64,000 nucleotides of DNA from Perna viridis (Eukaryota), in assembly GCA_037379345.1 (NCBI GenBank), contig CM074515.1:10726001-10790000 (forward strand), given 5' to 3'. The position numbers and the translations under genes are program-made. The stretch's first letter is position 1. Every line of letters starts with the position of its first letter. This document shows positions 35,384 through 48,824 of this stretch, in pieces. Under the pieces are notes generated by a model. The model did no database searches. It was not told the origin of the DNA and was given only the letters and a program-made list of their open reading frames with translations.

Positions 35384-38300
35384 AGATTATATGCTGCTAA
35401 ACTTGGTATGCTTATCCCATAACAACTGAAAGTTGATTAATGTAAAGGTCGAATAGTACAAAGAAGTAATTTTTTTCAGAGACAGGTGCTGCACTTTATT
35501 GGATTTTAGCTTTATAACTCTGTTATTAACGACCTTTTGTTCAGGACTTTGATCCTTGATCCATGTTATTCTATGATCAGGATGTCTAGGGAGGGATTGT
35601 ACCTGCCACCCTATACCAATATTGTTGACAACCCTCCTTTACTATTAGTCAACTGTCCAGTTAATTTTTAGAATCAAAACATCCTCCTATAGACAATATA
35701 ATATGATGTATTGGTACGTGTGAAGATTAAATGTGGTTTTAATGTAAATCTGTATTTTGGATGTAGTTGTTTCATTCAGTTCTTGCTCAATGCATGAACA
35801 AATGCACAAATAACACTATTGTGTAAAGTTTCAATATTCTGCTTTCTCATCCAAACAATCTTCTATGTTACATTAAACTGCATATTTATACATTTCATAC
35901 GCAGTTTTATGTAAATTAAATGTATTTATTTGGTAAAATGACGCGATTCTGGCCAGAGCAAATGTGATAAGTCAGTCTTCAGTATTTTTACTAAATGGTA
36001 ACTATGGTCTAGTCAGCCAGTCATTTGTAATTAAAAGCGTATCAAATTCTACAAATTTTAACAAAATAACACCTGTAATTTGTGCTTCTGATCTTTAAAT
36101 CAGATCATTAAGAACAACAAAGGATAGTGTATTAGTCCCAAGGTATCCGACTGGCACAAAATACAATGTGATAGGTGTACAAGTAATTGTTAAATTATAC
36201 AAATCTGATCAATGATTGTTGTCCATCCTCACTTACAAAATATAAAATTGACTTAATTGAAGACGTGGTTGCATAACTGATAAAAACAAACTTTTTTCAT
36301 TTCTTTTTCTTCATTACATTTTTTTTCTGAATCATAAGTCTTTTATTTCTATTTATGGACTTACAAAAGTGGATTAATCTCTTTGATCTTAGTTAATCAT
36401 TAGGCCTATGTCACACAAGTCAAGTAGCATAATAATTCGTATGGTATGACCAAACAATACCTAAAGCGTTCAAAAGGTAGGCGAAGTTTACATACATCAG
36501 AAACTAGGACTTAGAATAATGTTAGAACACTTTCATGTTATATCCCAGTAAATTATCACAATATTCTCTGAAGAGGTAGGCAAATACAGACTAGGGGAAG
36601 TTAACTATTTTAAGTGTTTTTATATTACATAAAGTTTTGGAAAGGCTTATTAGCATTGACTCAGTTCATGTTTTGGATGAGGTCAGGAGTTAAAGGATGG
36701 TTGCTAGACTCCCTGGTGTATTTATACTTCATTGAATTAAGATAGGTCACACCCATTCCCCATTTGTCTTGAGATTACTTATTGATTTATGAATATGGTG
36801 TTTTAGAATGGTTTTTGTTCATACTTCAATTGTTTTACTGGATATATAATGTTTTTTACTGTTATTTGTTTCACAAAATGGACATACCAGTAATATTCTA
36901 ATACTATCTACCTAATTAGTTTGATCAGAAGCATGGAGAGACAAGTCTGATCAGAACTTTATACATGTACTGTTTTTTAATACACGTAGGAGATACAATA
37001 AAATTGTAAAATGTGTTTTATTAATGTTCAGTTCTTCACGCTATTAAGGTACTTTTGTGTGAAATTGACAACACTATAACAGTAAACCATACCTGTTAAT
37101 GCCATGTTGAATGACTTTTAATGTGACGTTAAGTTACATTTATATTCAGATAAGGTCACTCATGAGTTTGAATTTATTTGTTAAAAAGGAGACTTGTCAA
37201 ACTTCTCAAGGACTGGTTGTCTGGAGCTTGTCTGAAACCAATAATACCATTATCTGAGAACATAGCATTGTGGTCCCTTACACTATTGTCTTATTGTTTA
37301 TAATGTGTTTTTTGGTCATTAGTCAAACTTTTGACTGCATATTTAATTGTTGAAGACACTTGATATTGTGAAAGACCAAATTGAAGTTATTGATACCAAG
37401 GATACAGCTATGCTTAAATGATTAGAAAAATCTGAAGTTTTTTTTATTATGTCATATAAGTACCATTCACAAATGCTCAAAACTGGTGTGACATTTTGTG
37501 CAAAGTTTTACCCTTCTCTGAGCTTTTCAACTACATGCACATGAAAAAAAGGAAGGTTTTGTCTCAAAAGAAATTTTAATCCATTGTATAAGATGTCAGG
37601 TTGAGGACTTGGTCTACAATCTCCTGTATAGAAGATGAAAGTTTGTGTAGGCTTTTATTCAAAATTTATTTGCACTATACCTTATCAAAGGACAACAAAA
37701 ACCATTGTAAATATTTGATATATTTGGTGCTTAGATGCCACAACACTTTTGAATTTATTATGATCCTATACTTCAAAGTTCGTCAAGAATCGGTAGGTAA
37801 ATAGCAGACATATGATTCTTAAAATCTTTCAAGGATTAATAAATTATAATGTTGAAATATAAAGAAATCATGGTATAAATTACAATGAAGTGAACTTGTT
37901 GGGACTCTATGTTTACTTCTGGTAATTATTTCTATTTGTTAGCGATTGAGACTAGGGGACAAATCAGTTTTCTGAGTAGTTCAGATTTATCGAATATTAG
38001 GCTTTAAGGTTGAGGTCATAGAAACAATGAAAGTTCTGATTGAGTTGATGATACAGCAGATCTCAGACAACTCTTATGTATGTGATCTTGAAATTAAAAA
38101 TTGCTGAGTCAGCTTCTTTTGAATGATATTGTGTTCTTTTCTGATATTTTCATGAGTGAGTTTTCTTTGTCTGCCATCGTCAGTTGTGGTTTTTTTTGTA
38201 AAACCAATGAACTCAGAAAGAATACTAAGTAAATATTTCCCCCAATGTTTAACTTTATTACATGTGACATAGTTGAACTTGTTTACCATATTAAATTTTG

Positions 38301-38949
38301 ACATTTAACCTGGATCTATCCCATTGTAACAGTTAAGGTGGTATATATAACTAATACATGTTATATTGACCTGTAACATACATGTTTAAACATACTATTT
38401 GTCTCTGTTGGTTTCATATTTAAAATAAACAAACTGGCTTTCACACCCACCATAAACACAATATACACATACATATCCAGTTCATTATGGTCTTGGCATA
38501 GTTTGTGTATTCAGGAAGTTTGTTTAGCTTGGGTTATTTGTTAAACCAGTCCATTTTTGTTATTGTCCATAGGAAAGATCCCACTAGATTTCTGACAATT
38601 TATTAAGAAGCAATAATACTTAAGATAGTATTCATCATGACCTAAGAACTTAACAGAGACTTTTTATTAAAACTTCAATATTTACATAACCGACTTCATT
38701 ATTCAAATGTTTTCAAAGCAAATGGTGATTCATTAATACTATGAATTTCAATACTAAACATTGATTTTTCTCCATAGAGAGTTTCACAAAACTCTGTTAG
38801 AATTCATTCCATATGAATTAGAATTGACACTGGTATTACAGAATTATTGTAGACTTATTCTATTGTTAAAGATACATAGAAAAGGAAATAAACTTTATAG
38901 TTTGTGAAAAATAACAATAAACTGACATGATATGTACAAATTATAGAGA

Positions 38950-39431
38950 GACATGCTGTTATGACTAGGGGCCTGCAGATTAGCCACACTTTTCGTAGTC
39001 CAAAATTCATAAATTTAATATTTAAGTGGAAGCTTTTAGATTAGACACCAGTGTCCAAGTTCACACAAGATAAAGAGAAGTATTTAATATAAAAAAAAAC
39101 ATGCTGATATAACTTGGGGCTTTTGTATAAGCTACCGATTTCACAGTCTGTGATTAGCATTAAAAAACAGAATGTATATAAAAACATACTGATATATAAC
39201 TAGAGGCCGGCCATGATTACCCACGGATATCACAGTTTCAAGTAAATAAATACTAGTAGTCTAGAACTAGCAACATGAGCATGCTGTTGTAAGATTGGGA
39301 TTTTTATATTTACTGGGAATTTCACAGTTCATGGTTTATAAAGAAAATAGTAAATATTGATGTAAAATGAACAAAAAAAGCTTTGCATGTATGGCTAGAG
39401 GCATCTGGATTATCCTCCTAATTTCACAGTT
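38950..39431. repeat. Highly eroded tandem array (~5 copies, irregular 85-150-bp spacing)
   Basis: (A/G)CATGCTG.TAT..CT(A/T)G(A/G)GGC...ATTTCACAGT recurs, with variation, at ~38951, 39099, 39184, 39279 and 39386. Confidence 0.65.
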
Positions 39432-42253
39432 AATAAAGAAACAAGCCTTAGGACCAATGTGATGTTTATCATGATGCATTAAGATGGTGGCATGTTTATG
39501 TTTTATTATTGTACTTTAAGGGCATTCTACCAGCAATTAACGAGCCTTTGAACTGCCCAGGTGATGGACAGGTTGTGTAATTCTTACACCTGGACAAGAA
39601 TTAAACACTTGTTTTTTGTCTTGCTGGAAGCACCCTTGTTAGCTGTAAATATGACACTGTCAGTAACATTGAAGTGATTTGATAGAATCTTAATTGATCT
39701 AAAGGTGCTGTTTTATATTCCTTTATATCTCTTCAAACACAGGAGGTGTTCTATGAGGCACTCTAGTTATGGTATCTCTGAATCTGTCTGAATACCTAAC
39801 AATAAAGACTGGGTTACATTAGTACATGTACTTAAAATCGCAATTATGAATAGAAACGTAAATAAGTGTACAGAAAAGGGCAACATGCTCAGAGTATTGT
39901 GAAAAAAGATAAGTTATTAAAAATGTTCAGAATAGGTTTAAGTTGTGCTATATCTGTTGCTTTGATGTGGCCTGTATTAATTGTTTGCAATATAAATATG
40001 CTATTAAATTTGAGAGAGAATAAAAAAAAATATAGTAGACCATAATTGCTTAATTATTTGACTCTGTCTTCTATCATGTCTACTGAAACAACCATAACTA
40101 CCTTGTATAGGTATAATGTGTTCGTGGAAGAGAGAAAGAATCAGTTTCAATTAATCTTCAAAGAGAAGATTACAAAGAGATTGGAAAGAGAATTACCCCA
40201 AATTAAGTTATTTTCCATTGAAAGACTTAAATATTTTATATCATAATTTTTCTCCATTAAAACTTGAATACCTATTCCCCGCCTCCTGTGGTGAGTTGGG
40301 ATAAACATTTTATAGAGAGCAATCTTGCTTCCTTTATTAGTCAATGTTACACATGAGCGATAAATGCGGATGGTTATTGAGGTCAAAGTCGTTAACAGAA
40401 TATACCCAGTTATGAATGGAGTGTGGGTTTTTTGTATGGAGTGTTTTAACAAAACATTGAAGTGCTTTATTCAAATCCTAAGAATATTCTTCAAAAGTAT
40501 TCAAATTGGATTTATTTTGTACAAGTTCCTTATTCTCAGGGATTATAAATCATAAAGTTTTAAATGTATACCTGATGTAAGTATTGAATTTTTATAATAA
40601 CTATTTATTTGTTCTTTAGAAATTTTCAAAATTAAATACATAATATTTGTTCTTACTTTGGAGAGCGAAAGTACAACTTTTTTAAATTGATATGTAACCA
40701 CAAACTGTTAATGCTTTATGAAAATACAGATAGATTTTCAATTTTATGTCAGCATTTTATTTTGAACTTTTAAATAATGAATCATTCTCATCCCTTTGAT
40801 CTTAATATTTTGAATGAAGTTTGAATGAAATGGGTGATCAAACTGGGAACTTCCAAGGATGATATTGTCCTACAGACGACAAGACCAACCAAAACCATTC
40901 AGCATGGTTTCTATAAATAGGAAAAATAACAATAAAACTACTTTTATAACTCATTATGAAATTTATATTTCAAAAGATAAAAATCTGGAAAACACGAGAG
41001 TCAAGTGTGTGTTTGTATGAGACAGAATTCACAACTTTGTATCATGGTGATTTTATCATAGTTAGTCGAATGCACCTCAAGGGCACTGTACTGCATATTA
41101 AAGATAATATCATGATTATAGTCGAGATGAACAGATAGGTGTTATATTAATCAACATTTTGAAAGCTTGGCTGATTTTCATAGCGAGTAATGAAAAATGA
41201 GCATTTCACACTACCGATTTTGTAATTCTTAAATGAACTTCACAAGATCAAAGGCCTACACCTAAACTGTTAATGATATAATGGTGAAAGATGAACACCA
41301 AGATGGTTTATGCTTTTAAAATTGTGCATTTAATGTCTGAACAGCAAAAATCTATGTGAAAAATTTACAATCTTTCTTAAAAAAAAAAAGAAAAAAAAAG
41401 CAACTAATTAGCTGGTTTTTATTCAGTTTGGGTTTACCAACTTTCATCCAACTTGGTAAAAAACGAAGAATGACAATGTGTTGATAGAAGACAATTTCAA
41501 CACCTATAAAATCTATACCTAACCTCAAATAATTACCCCTAGAGAAAACTACATCAAAACGCACCCAATGTTTGTCATAGATTGTAATCGGTGAATCAGT
41601 GAAGTGGCGACACGGTAATTTGGATGTAATTCCTGCATATAAATGGATGAAAGTTTATATTAAACATTTTATGAGACTGTTAACTCAATTGTATATTAAT
41701 GTAATGATACTAATTGTGTATCATGTGGAAACAAGACTTCTGCTAGTAGCTAGGGATAGAGGTTTTTGGATGAGGAAAAGGGGAGGGCCTGATGCCTGTG
41801 GTCTTTGTGGGAAATTTGTGTTAGTTCATCTCAGATGCACTTTGGTGCGTATACCGGTACATGTAGGCTAAGGAATGTCCATGAGGACTGATTGTGGTCA
41901 TACTATTGAATATGAACAATTATATTTTGGTTTTATACTGGTACATGTATAGTATGTACATTAATTTTCAAAATGAAAATGTTTAGCAGCTGTTAATAGA
42001 CTGCAACAAGATTTTAGTATCCTGCAGATTTGTTGAAGAAACAATTCTCTTACAAGGTACATTTTGTTAAAAAAATATGGTCCATTTGATCAAAATGCCT
42101 AAAGTTCACCAGAAGCTTTTCTTTCTTTTTGACATTGTTTAGATTGATGTACATAGCCAGGTAAAATGCTTACTTAAGATAGATTTCTATTTATATTTCC
42201 AGGATATGAGAGGAGACCTTTAAGGAGCTAATGGGTGTGGGGTGTAGAGCAGA

Positions 42254-42311
42254 ATGAGGCACCGTGTGTTAGTTATTAATGCCTTTGTCAGCTGGTTCCT
42301 GGTTTGTTTGG
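42254..42311 (+). CDS. Candidate initial coding segment (signal-peptide-like MRHRVLVINAFVSWFLVCL + phase-1 intron) inside a putative exon 42203-42311
   Basis: Acceptor TTCTATTTATATTTCCAG|G at 42202/42203 and consensus donor TGG|GTAAGT at 42311/42312. ATG at 42254 is open to the donor and encodes a basic N-region plus a hydrophobic core. No homology evidence. Confidence 0.3.
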
Positions 42312-45300
42312 GTAAGTACTCTGGTACTCAGGAATCTGGTTCCCTGATATAGCAATGTGGAGATCAAAGGCACCAAAATGATTAATATATTGATATAAGT
42401 TAATCTCCCTATCACCAGTGTGCACTGCAGTGATATAGCTCCAATTTAAGTGGATTTTGACTGAACTGTATGGTGTTGATCATATCAATGGTATAATCCG
42501 GGATCCTATTGCAGATTGCAAAAAATATATCCATCTTCACTTCTTAAACTGCCTGAAATTAAACAAAGATCTGTTTTTTTTTTTTTTAATACCAATTATT
42601 TTACTTTTTAAGTTGTAACTACACCCATATATCTTAGCCTTGAGCCATGTCAGTAGTTACTAAGTTCTAATACCCTTAATCTTGTTATCAAAACAGACTA
42701 ATGATTATAGACCCTGACTTCTGTTTGTCAGAAACAAAGGATAAGTATTAGTACCTTCTACTATTGTATTTTTGGTCTTTAGATCTACCAGGAACAATGG
42801 TTGGTATTTCACACTTAAGAAATTAAACTACTTATATCCAGGTTCTACACAGTGTTCAAAGATTACTATATTTGAGTGATTTTTGGTGTGTGGGAGGTCT
42901 AGCTATTGTTTTACAAACATCAGAAGATTTGGAAATGTAGAGGATATCAACCCTCATTCTGAAGTTCATATCCGAATCAAAGGCACTATCTTTACATGAA
43001 ATTACAGTAAAGGAACTTATGTATCCATTGATATAAATATGTTCACTGACCTTTCTGGTTGGAAGGCTTTATTATCATAAAGAAATTAAATGTTCTAGAT
43101 TGAATTTACTATCAGAGAACTTAGCCTCTTTTTTCTTTAATCATGTGATTTTCTTTTGAGTTAAAAGTCCTAATTTCTGTAATACTGTCATATTCAGAAA
43201 CTGCCAACTGAGTGGACTGCTTTTGTCATTAATAAATGACTCGTTAGGGGCATAAATTGGTGCTTTAAACAAGGAACCAGAGGGAATACATCTCGCTTAT
43301 TACAATATATAAATATATACCATTACTGTACAAATGATTGACTGTTCATGCCTAGGACTATTTCATTCCAAATTATGACTACAGCCTCCAAGCTAACTTC
43401 TGCCTGAGTTTTCCTGATATCGGTTCTCGACAACCATTAACAGTTTTGTCATAGTCAAACATGTCTTTAATAAGCTATTCACTCATCAGTTAGAAAGCCA
43501 TAAAAAGTACATGACAAAATATTGATAAAGCCCAGCACGACTTACAGTTAGCTCATCTCATACCAAATACACGATCCATCACTCCAGTGATTGGTAAAGC
43601 ATATTTAATTCCTATATGTTTAGTCATGTGGCAGTGTTTACACATAGTTGGTTGCCACTGACAAGGTTCTTTGACTCATTTCTTTTTAGGAAGAAAACAG
43701 TGAATCATAAATAATTGAATTTATTTAGGAGTCCTGATGAATTGACATAACTCATTTATCTCTCATGTCTTGAAAGGCATCATTAAAATAACAGTAATTC
43801 AGTACATGACCATAAAAACTTATCAATAATCAATTAGAGATACTACAATGCAAGTAAAAAATCCAACAAAAACTGAGATGAATCCGATCAATTTATTTAA
43901 TTTTCTGTGATATATTCAAATAGGATGAGAAGGTACATGAATTGATATTTTCTCAAATGGTTGTGAAATATACATCCGTTTTCAGAAAATTATTACAGCC
44001 ATTAATTCTATGCACTTGTTACAGTCTACAAGTTACTTTGTAAGGGGTAATAGCTTAATAGTCTTGTAAATTTAATGTCCATGAAGTAATCATTAGTGTA
44101 CCTTGATCATAAGCCATAATCACCACCCTCAGACAAAACATTTCCATTTATGTAGTCAGTTATTTATGCCAAATGTTACTTATCCTGTTGGCATCAGGTT
44201 GTAAACTTGTCCTGATATTTATTTTATTGCTTTCATTTTATAAAACAAATTGCTCTGATTTAAAATGTTTGTGCTGTGTCAGACACAAGATGCGGAATGA
44301 TTTGAGAGTCTAGTTTTCTCACTACATGAAAACTTTGAATGAGGAGAAATCTATTTTTTTGTTAAATATTTTTTAAGACATTATAACATATTAACATCAT
44401 AGTTACCTCTGAGTAAATGGATTTCAACCTTTCACCTTTCATACATCCTATCTTTGTATGACAAAGGAATGTTGAAAAAAAGAAGAATTTTCTGTTTATG
44501 ATGGATCTTGGTATGGCTTTCTTTTTTAAATGAAGAATGGAGCATTTGATTTTAAGTTGATAAAAATAAAACCCAGAAAGGCCATTACTTGTTAGACAAT
44601 AGATTTTAACTCAATTACTGAGGTAAGCGTCAGTGCTGCCAAATACCAGAATTAGGATAGTTAAGATGTGTTTTACGTCAATTAAGTCCCGTCATGTTAT
44701 GGGAACACTGCCTCCTAACTGTTGGCTTAACGCTGTAAACTCTCCATGTATAAACCAACTCATTCTACACAATTTACTGTAATGGAATTCTAGAGTAGGG
44801 AATATTGAGAAAGAACAAATTATCTCTGATTAAAAGCATCAAAACTGATTTGTAATGTTGTAGTTGGACAGAAAAGCTTTTCTTGTAGGGTGGTTAATGA
44901 CGTGGTATTTTTTATTAAGGTTAATTGAAAGCAATTTAACTGAATAAAAATCTAGCTTCTAAACAACTATGCTGTAATCGCTTTTCTTACAAATGGGGAC
45001 ACTGCTCTGTGAAATTGATGGGAATTTGAGAAAGGCAAATTAAAACTCTTGCTGAAGAAGTTTGGGTATTGGTGATGCCAAAGGCTTGGAAATTAATACC
45101 ATTTTAACTACAACCATGACCTAATGCAAAAATATTCAGAAAATTTATTATCAGATTGAAAATCAGCCAGCAATTTGTCTATGATGTAGATATTAGGTTT
45201 GATGTAGGAAAAAACTCAGGAAATCTGACACATTTTAATGATTAGTCCAAGAATTTTTCACATCGTTTCATTGAAATTATCAGCACATTGAGAATGTTGA

Positions 45301-47097
45301 ATTCTATTTGAATCAATTTATAATCTTTGGTGTCAGTTAGAGGCCAAAAATCTTCCTTGAGGGAAAAATAATTACCAAAAAATACATTGCATAATTTATG
45401 CCTCTTCTTTCCATAAATATTGGCTTTGTTTCTCCAAGTTGGAATAAATCTTGGCTGTTTTATTTGTGTTTTGTAATTTTCAGACATAAACCAATTTAAA
45501 CTTGCAAGCCAAGTGCTCATTTATCATAGGCGTGTAATCAGCCCTTTGTCTCACTGTCACAATTTATTTCATGTCAAACACACCCTGCTGCTTCTCTATT
45601 CATACATCTAGGTTGCTTCACTATGGATAAGGTCACAGATCAGAATAATAGTTATTGATACCACAGTACAGGAAAAACATTTTCTCATTACTTCAAATAG
45701 TTTTGTTAGTGGTTATTATCAAATATTAGAAAGAAATGAATATCCTATTCCTAGAAGAAAGAAGTAAACAAAAGTCAAAAAAAATTTCCCATCAATAATT
45801 CATGTATGTATGTATATGCTACTGACTTTATGTATGTAATTAACTTTATAAACAAACTCATAACATTTAAATATGTCACTTACAAACTGTTAGACACAAT
45901 GAAAGTAATCAGGCGCACCTTTGTAACAAGTGAATCAAAACTCACTGAAAATCTCAATAATTTCTGTCACTTAAATTAGTGCTTTTTATCATGTTAAACA
46001 GACAGGACTGAAATAAGTCTTGACAGTTTTGGGAATGGCTTCTTGCTCAGGATAATGTTGGATCCATTGAAAATATCAGAAATATGACAAATTAAATTGG
46101 TTTTCCTCTTAAAGCAGTTTGGACAATTGAATAATACCTTTGTATATTTAAAAGTTTAAATTCCAGGTCCCAATTCTCAGTGAAGTGAATAGGTTATTAA
46201 ATATATTACTCTATATTGTATATGTTCTGCTGAAGGGGGGTATTTATTGTGGAAGCTATCAGATCATAATTATTGTATATTATATAATGGTTAAGTGTTT
46301 GTATAAGTATATTTATCTACGGAAGACATCTTTTTGGCTATATGATTTGCTTGACAGTTTGAATAGTGGTGAAATAATTAGGTGACAGGTCAATTGTCAC
46401 AGCAGAAGTAAAACAAGTAATTAATTTGCTTGATTTACACTTGTTAGATTGTGATAAAACTTGGTATACTGAAATACCACATTTACTATAGAGGTGTCAA
46501 GAAATCAGATAGAGAGAGGTTGCTGTACTGCAGGGTAGAATTTCAATGTCAACTAAAGGTTGAAAGTATTGTGGAAAAAATTCATTTTTACAATGTTTAT
46601 AGACCAAGATATTACTAAATTACAGATAATTTTCTTGATTATACCATTCTACGATGAAGATGGTGATTATAACAGGTTTAAATTACTCTTGAAAATGTAA
46701 GAAAGCACATTTAAATACTTAGGTAGATGGTAAAGTTGCTTTCATGTTGCACTATTTGTAATGACATGTAACAGCTTTAGATATGTTTGAGAAATATGTG
46801 AGTTAAACGTCTCAAAGTCTCATGTCTGAAAGTAGTTTAGTTGCCTATAGAGCATGGAAACTTTGTCTTGTCTCCTTGATCAGACTCAACCATTACAATT
46901 TTAAAACAATGACCCTTTTGGTATCACATATGCTGTATGTGGTCTTGAATATTAAGTAAGGGTTTATGTGGAACAGTTGAGAGATATTATTATGTACTTT
47001 TTAAGAAAGCTAATGAAGTGAATTGTTGTGAGTTTAAGGTTTCTGTTTTATATGTGTCTGGTTTGTAGTTCTGAATTCCTGCTATTGACCTATCTAA

Positions 47098-47300
47098 TGC
47101 ATAGCATACCCAGTCCTGGGGGTCAGAATTTCACGCTCATGTCTGTACCTAGCCTTTGGGGTAAGAATCTCTTCCTCATGTCTGTACCCTGCCTTGGGGG
47201 TAAGAATCTCTCGCTCATGTCTGTACCCTGCCTTGGGGGTGGGAATCTCTCTCTCATGTCTATACCCAGCCTTGGGGGTAAGAATTTATTGCTCATGTCA
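47098..47300. repeat. Minisatellite, 39-bp unit, ~5 copies
   Basis: Consensus CATGTCTGTACCCTGCCTTGGGGGTAAGAATCTCTCGCT. It explains the 13-aa periodicity of three overlapping ORFs. Confidence 0.93.
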
Positions 47301-48783
47301 ACCATTCTTCCTTAGCCCATTGCTTTACCTATCCATAAGAATCAGCCCTACATTCAAGGGTTATGGAACACTTTGTTCCCATACATTTGTCAAATAAATT
47401 CTGACATATGATAGTATAGATAACATTGTCCTTGTTCAAAGCATACTAAAGGTACAAATTACACCGAGATCGATAACACTTATTTTCTTTTTTGTCGGAA
47501 TGGATAAATAAAAGCCATTATTTAAATCTTCTAAAATCACAGGTGTCGGTATATGGTTATTGAGTGATCAACCTGTGTTAAATAGCATGGTTCATAAGTT
47601 ATTACTAAAATTTATGTTTGGCAAATATTCAGAAAAAAAAACCAGATGTGTTCATGGGACAGGGTACCACCAGTTCGGTTCATTGACCCATGTTTATAAA
47701 GTGGAATAAAGACCTTGAGAAAAGAACTCAAAAATAACAATCGGTGAAGGGTACATAAAGTTGACAAAAACTGAATGAAGTTACGTTTGGTATGGTGGTC
47801 TCTAAAAATAGACCTTTGTTAAGATAATGATTTCATTTAATGACGTCATACTTTGGCCAAATATTAAATAATTATTGAGATTCTATTTGAAATGTTCTGT
47901 CTGAATCATAAGAATTGTTTATATTGTTAAGAGGATGGTCTTGTTTATAGAGAGTCACAATGAAGTGGTTACTGTTATGAAGTAAGAAAGCTTTCCACCT
48001 CCCTACCGATCAATCAAAGTTGAAGAGTTCCAAGAATGTTTAATCTAGACAAGAGCCCTTCAAACAATCAGCTATCATTTCATTTCTTGGCTGGATGTTG
48101 GTTGACCCCTTTTGTTTGGAGTTTGACCATTTGATGTTTCCTATGGTGTCCTCTACAATGATTTCCTACTCTTGAAGTTTTCATAACAAAAGCTTTCATT
48201 ATTTAAATATTCCTACAGTGACAAATACTGGGTTTGTCACAAATTGTGTAAAAAAGGTTGTTACCCAAAGTTTGTCCATTTAAATTATCAGCAGTGTCCA
48301 CTTCATTTGAGCTTGAAAAACCTCTTTTTACAAGGATAATAATTTGATCATTTAATAACCTTTGACCCTTGGCACCAGCATGTTAAATGTTTTATAATAA
48401 GTGAATTGTCTCTAAGTATGGGATCATAATCCAGGTCAAAACTTAATTATAGACAGGTTATGTGGACACTGTCCAACCCAGTACACCCTGGCTCCAGACA
48501 GGTTGGCTCAGGTGTGACTCCTGTGACAAAATGATGCAATGGTGTTTAGTTAATATGTTGTTATGTGACTTTTGGTCTGCGTACTCATTGAACAGGCTTA
48601 AAACATAAATAGAAGGCTGTTTAAAGGATTTATCACAAAAAAACAGAGATAAAACCTAAACGATAGGAAAGGAAAATATTTAGAAAAATAATTATTGTTT
48701 TTATTACCTTGCTCAAAATTGATTTTAAATCAAAACTATTAAAACTGTGATGGGAATACTAGCCTTTCTACATTCGAAAAAAT

Positions 48784-48824
48784 ATTGCTGCTCGGACGTT
48801 AAACCCCAACAAACAAACAAACAA
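48784..48824 (+). mobile_element. Severely 5'-truncated retroposon (SINE/LINE 3' tail) with 14-bp target-site duplication
   Basis: Insert ATTGCTGCTCGGACGTTAAACCCCAACAAACAAACAAACAA ends in (CAAA)n and is flanked by ACATTCGAAAAAAT at 48770-48783 and 48825-48838. Confidence 0.85.

Noticed and set aside
37708-37730. TTTGATATATTTGGTG, resembling the 3' part of miR-190 (and AGATATGTTTGA at ~46779 resembling its 5' part)
   Set aside because: Neither site has a full mature sequence with a proper precursor hairpin. These are AT-rich chance matches.
40046-40246. Protein-like purine-rich ORF (YNVFVEERKNQFQLIFKEKITKRLERELPQ...) as an internal coding exon
   Set aside because: The acceptor is weak and all frames stop before the next good donor at 40290.
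47028-47397. Three overlapping ORFs with 13-aa repeats
   Set aside because: Explained by the 39-bp minisatellite. The same applies to the ORFs at 12267-12497, 25992-26213 and 34984-35199.
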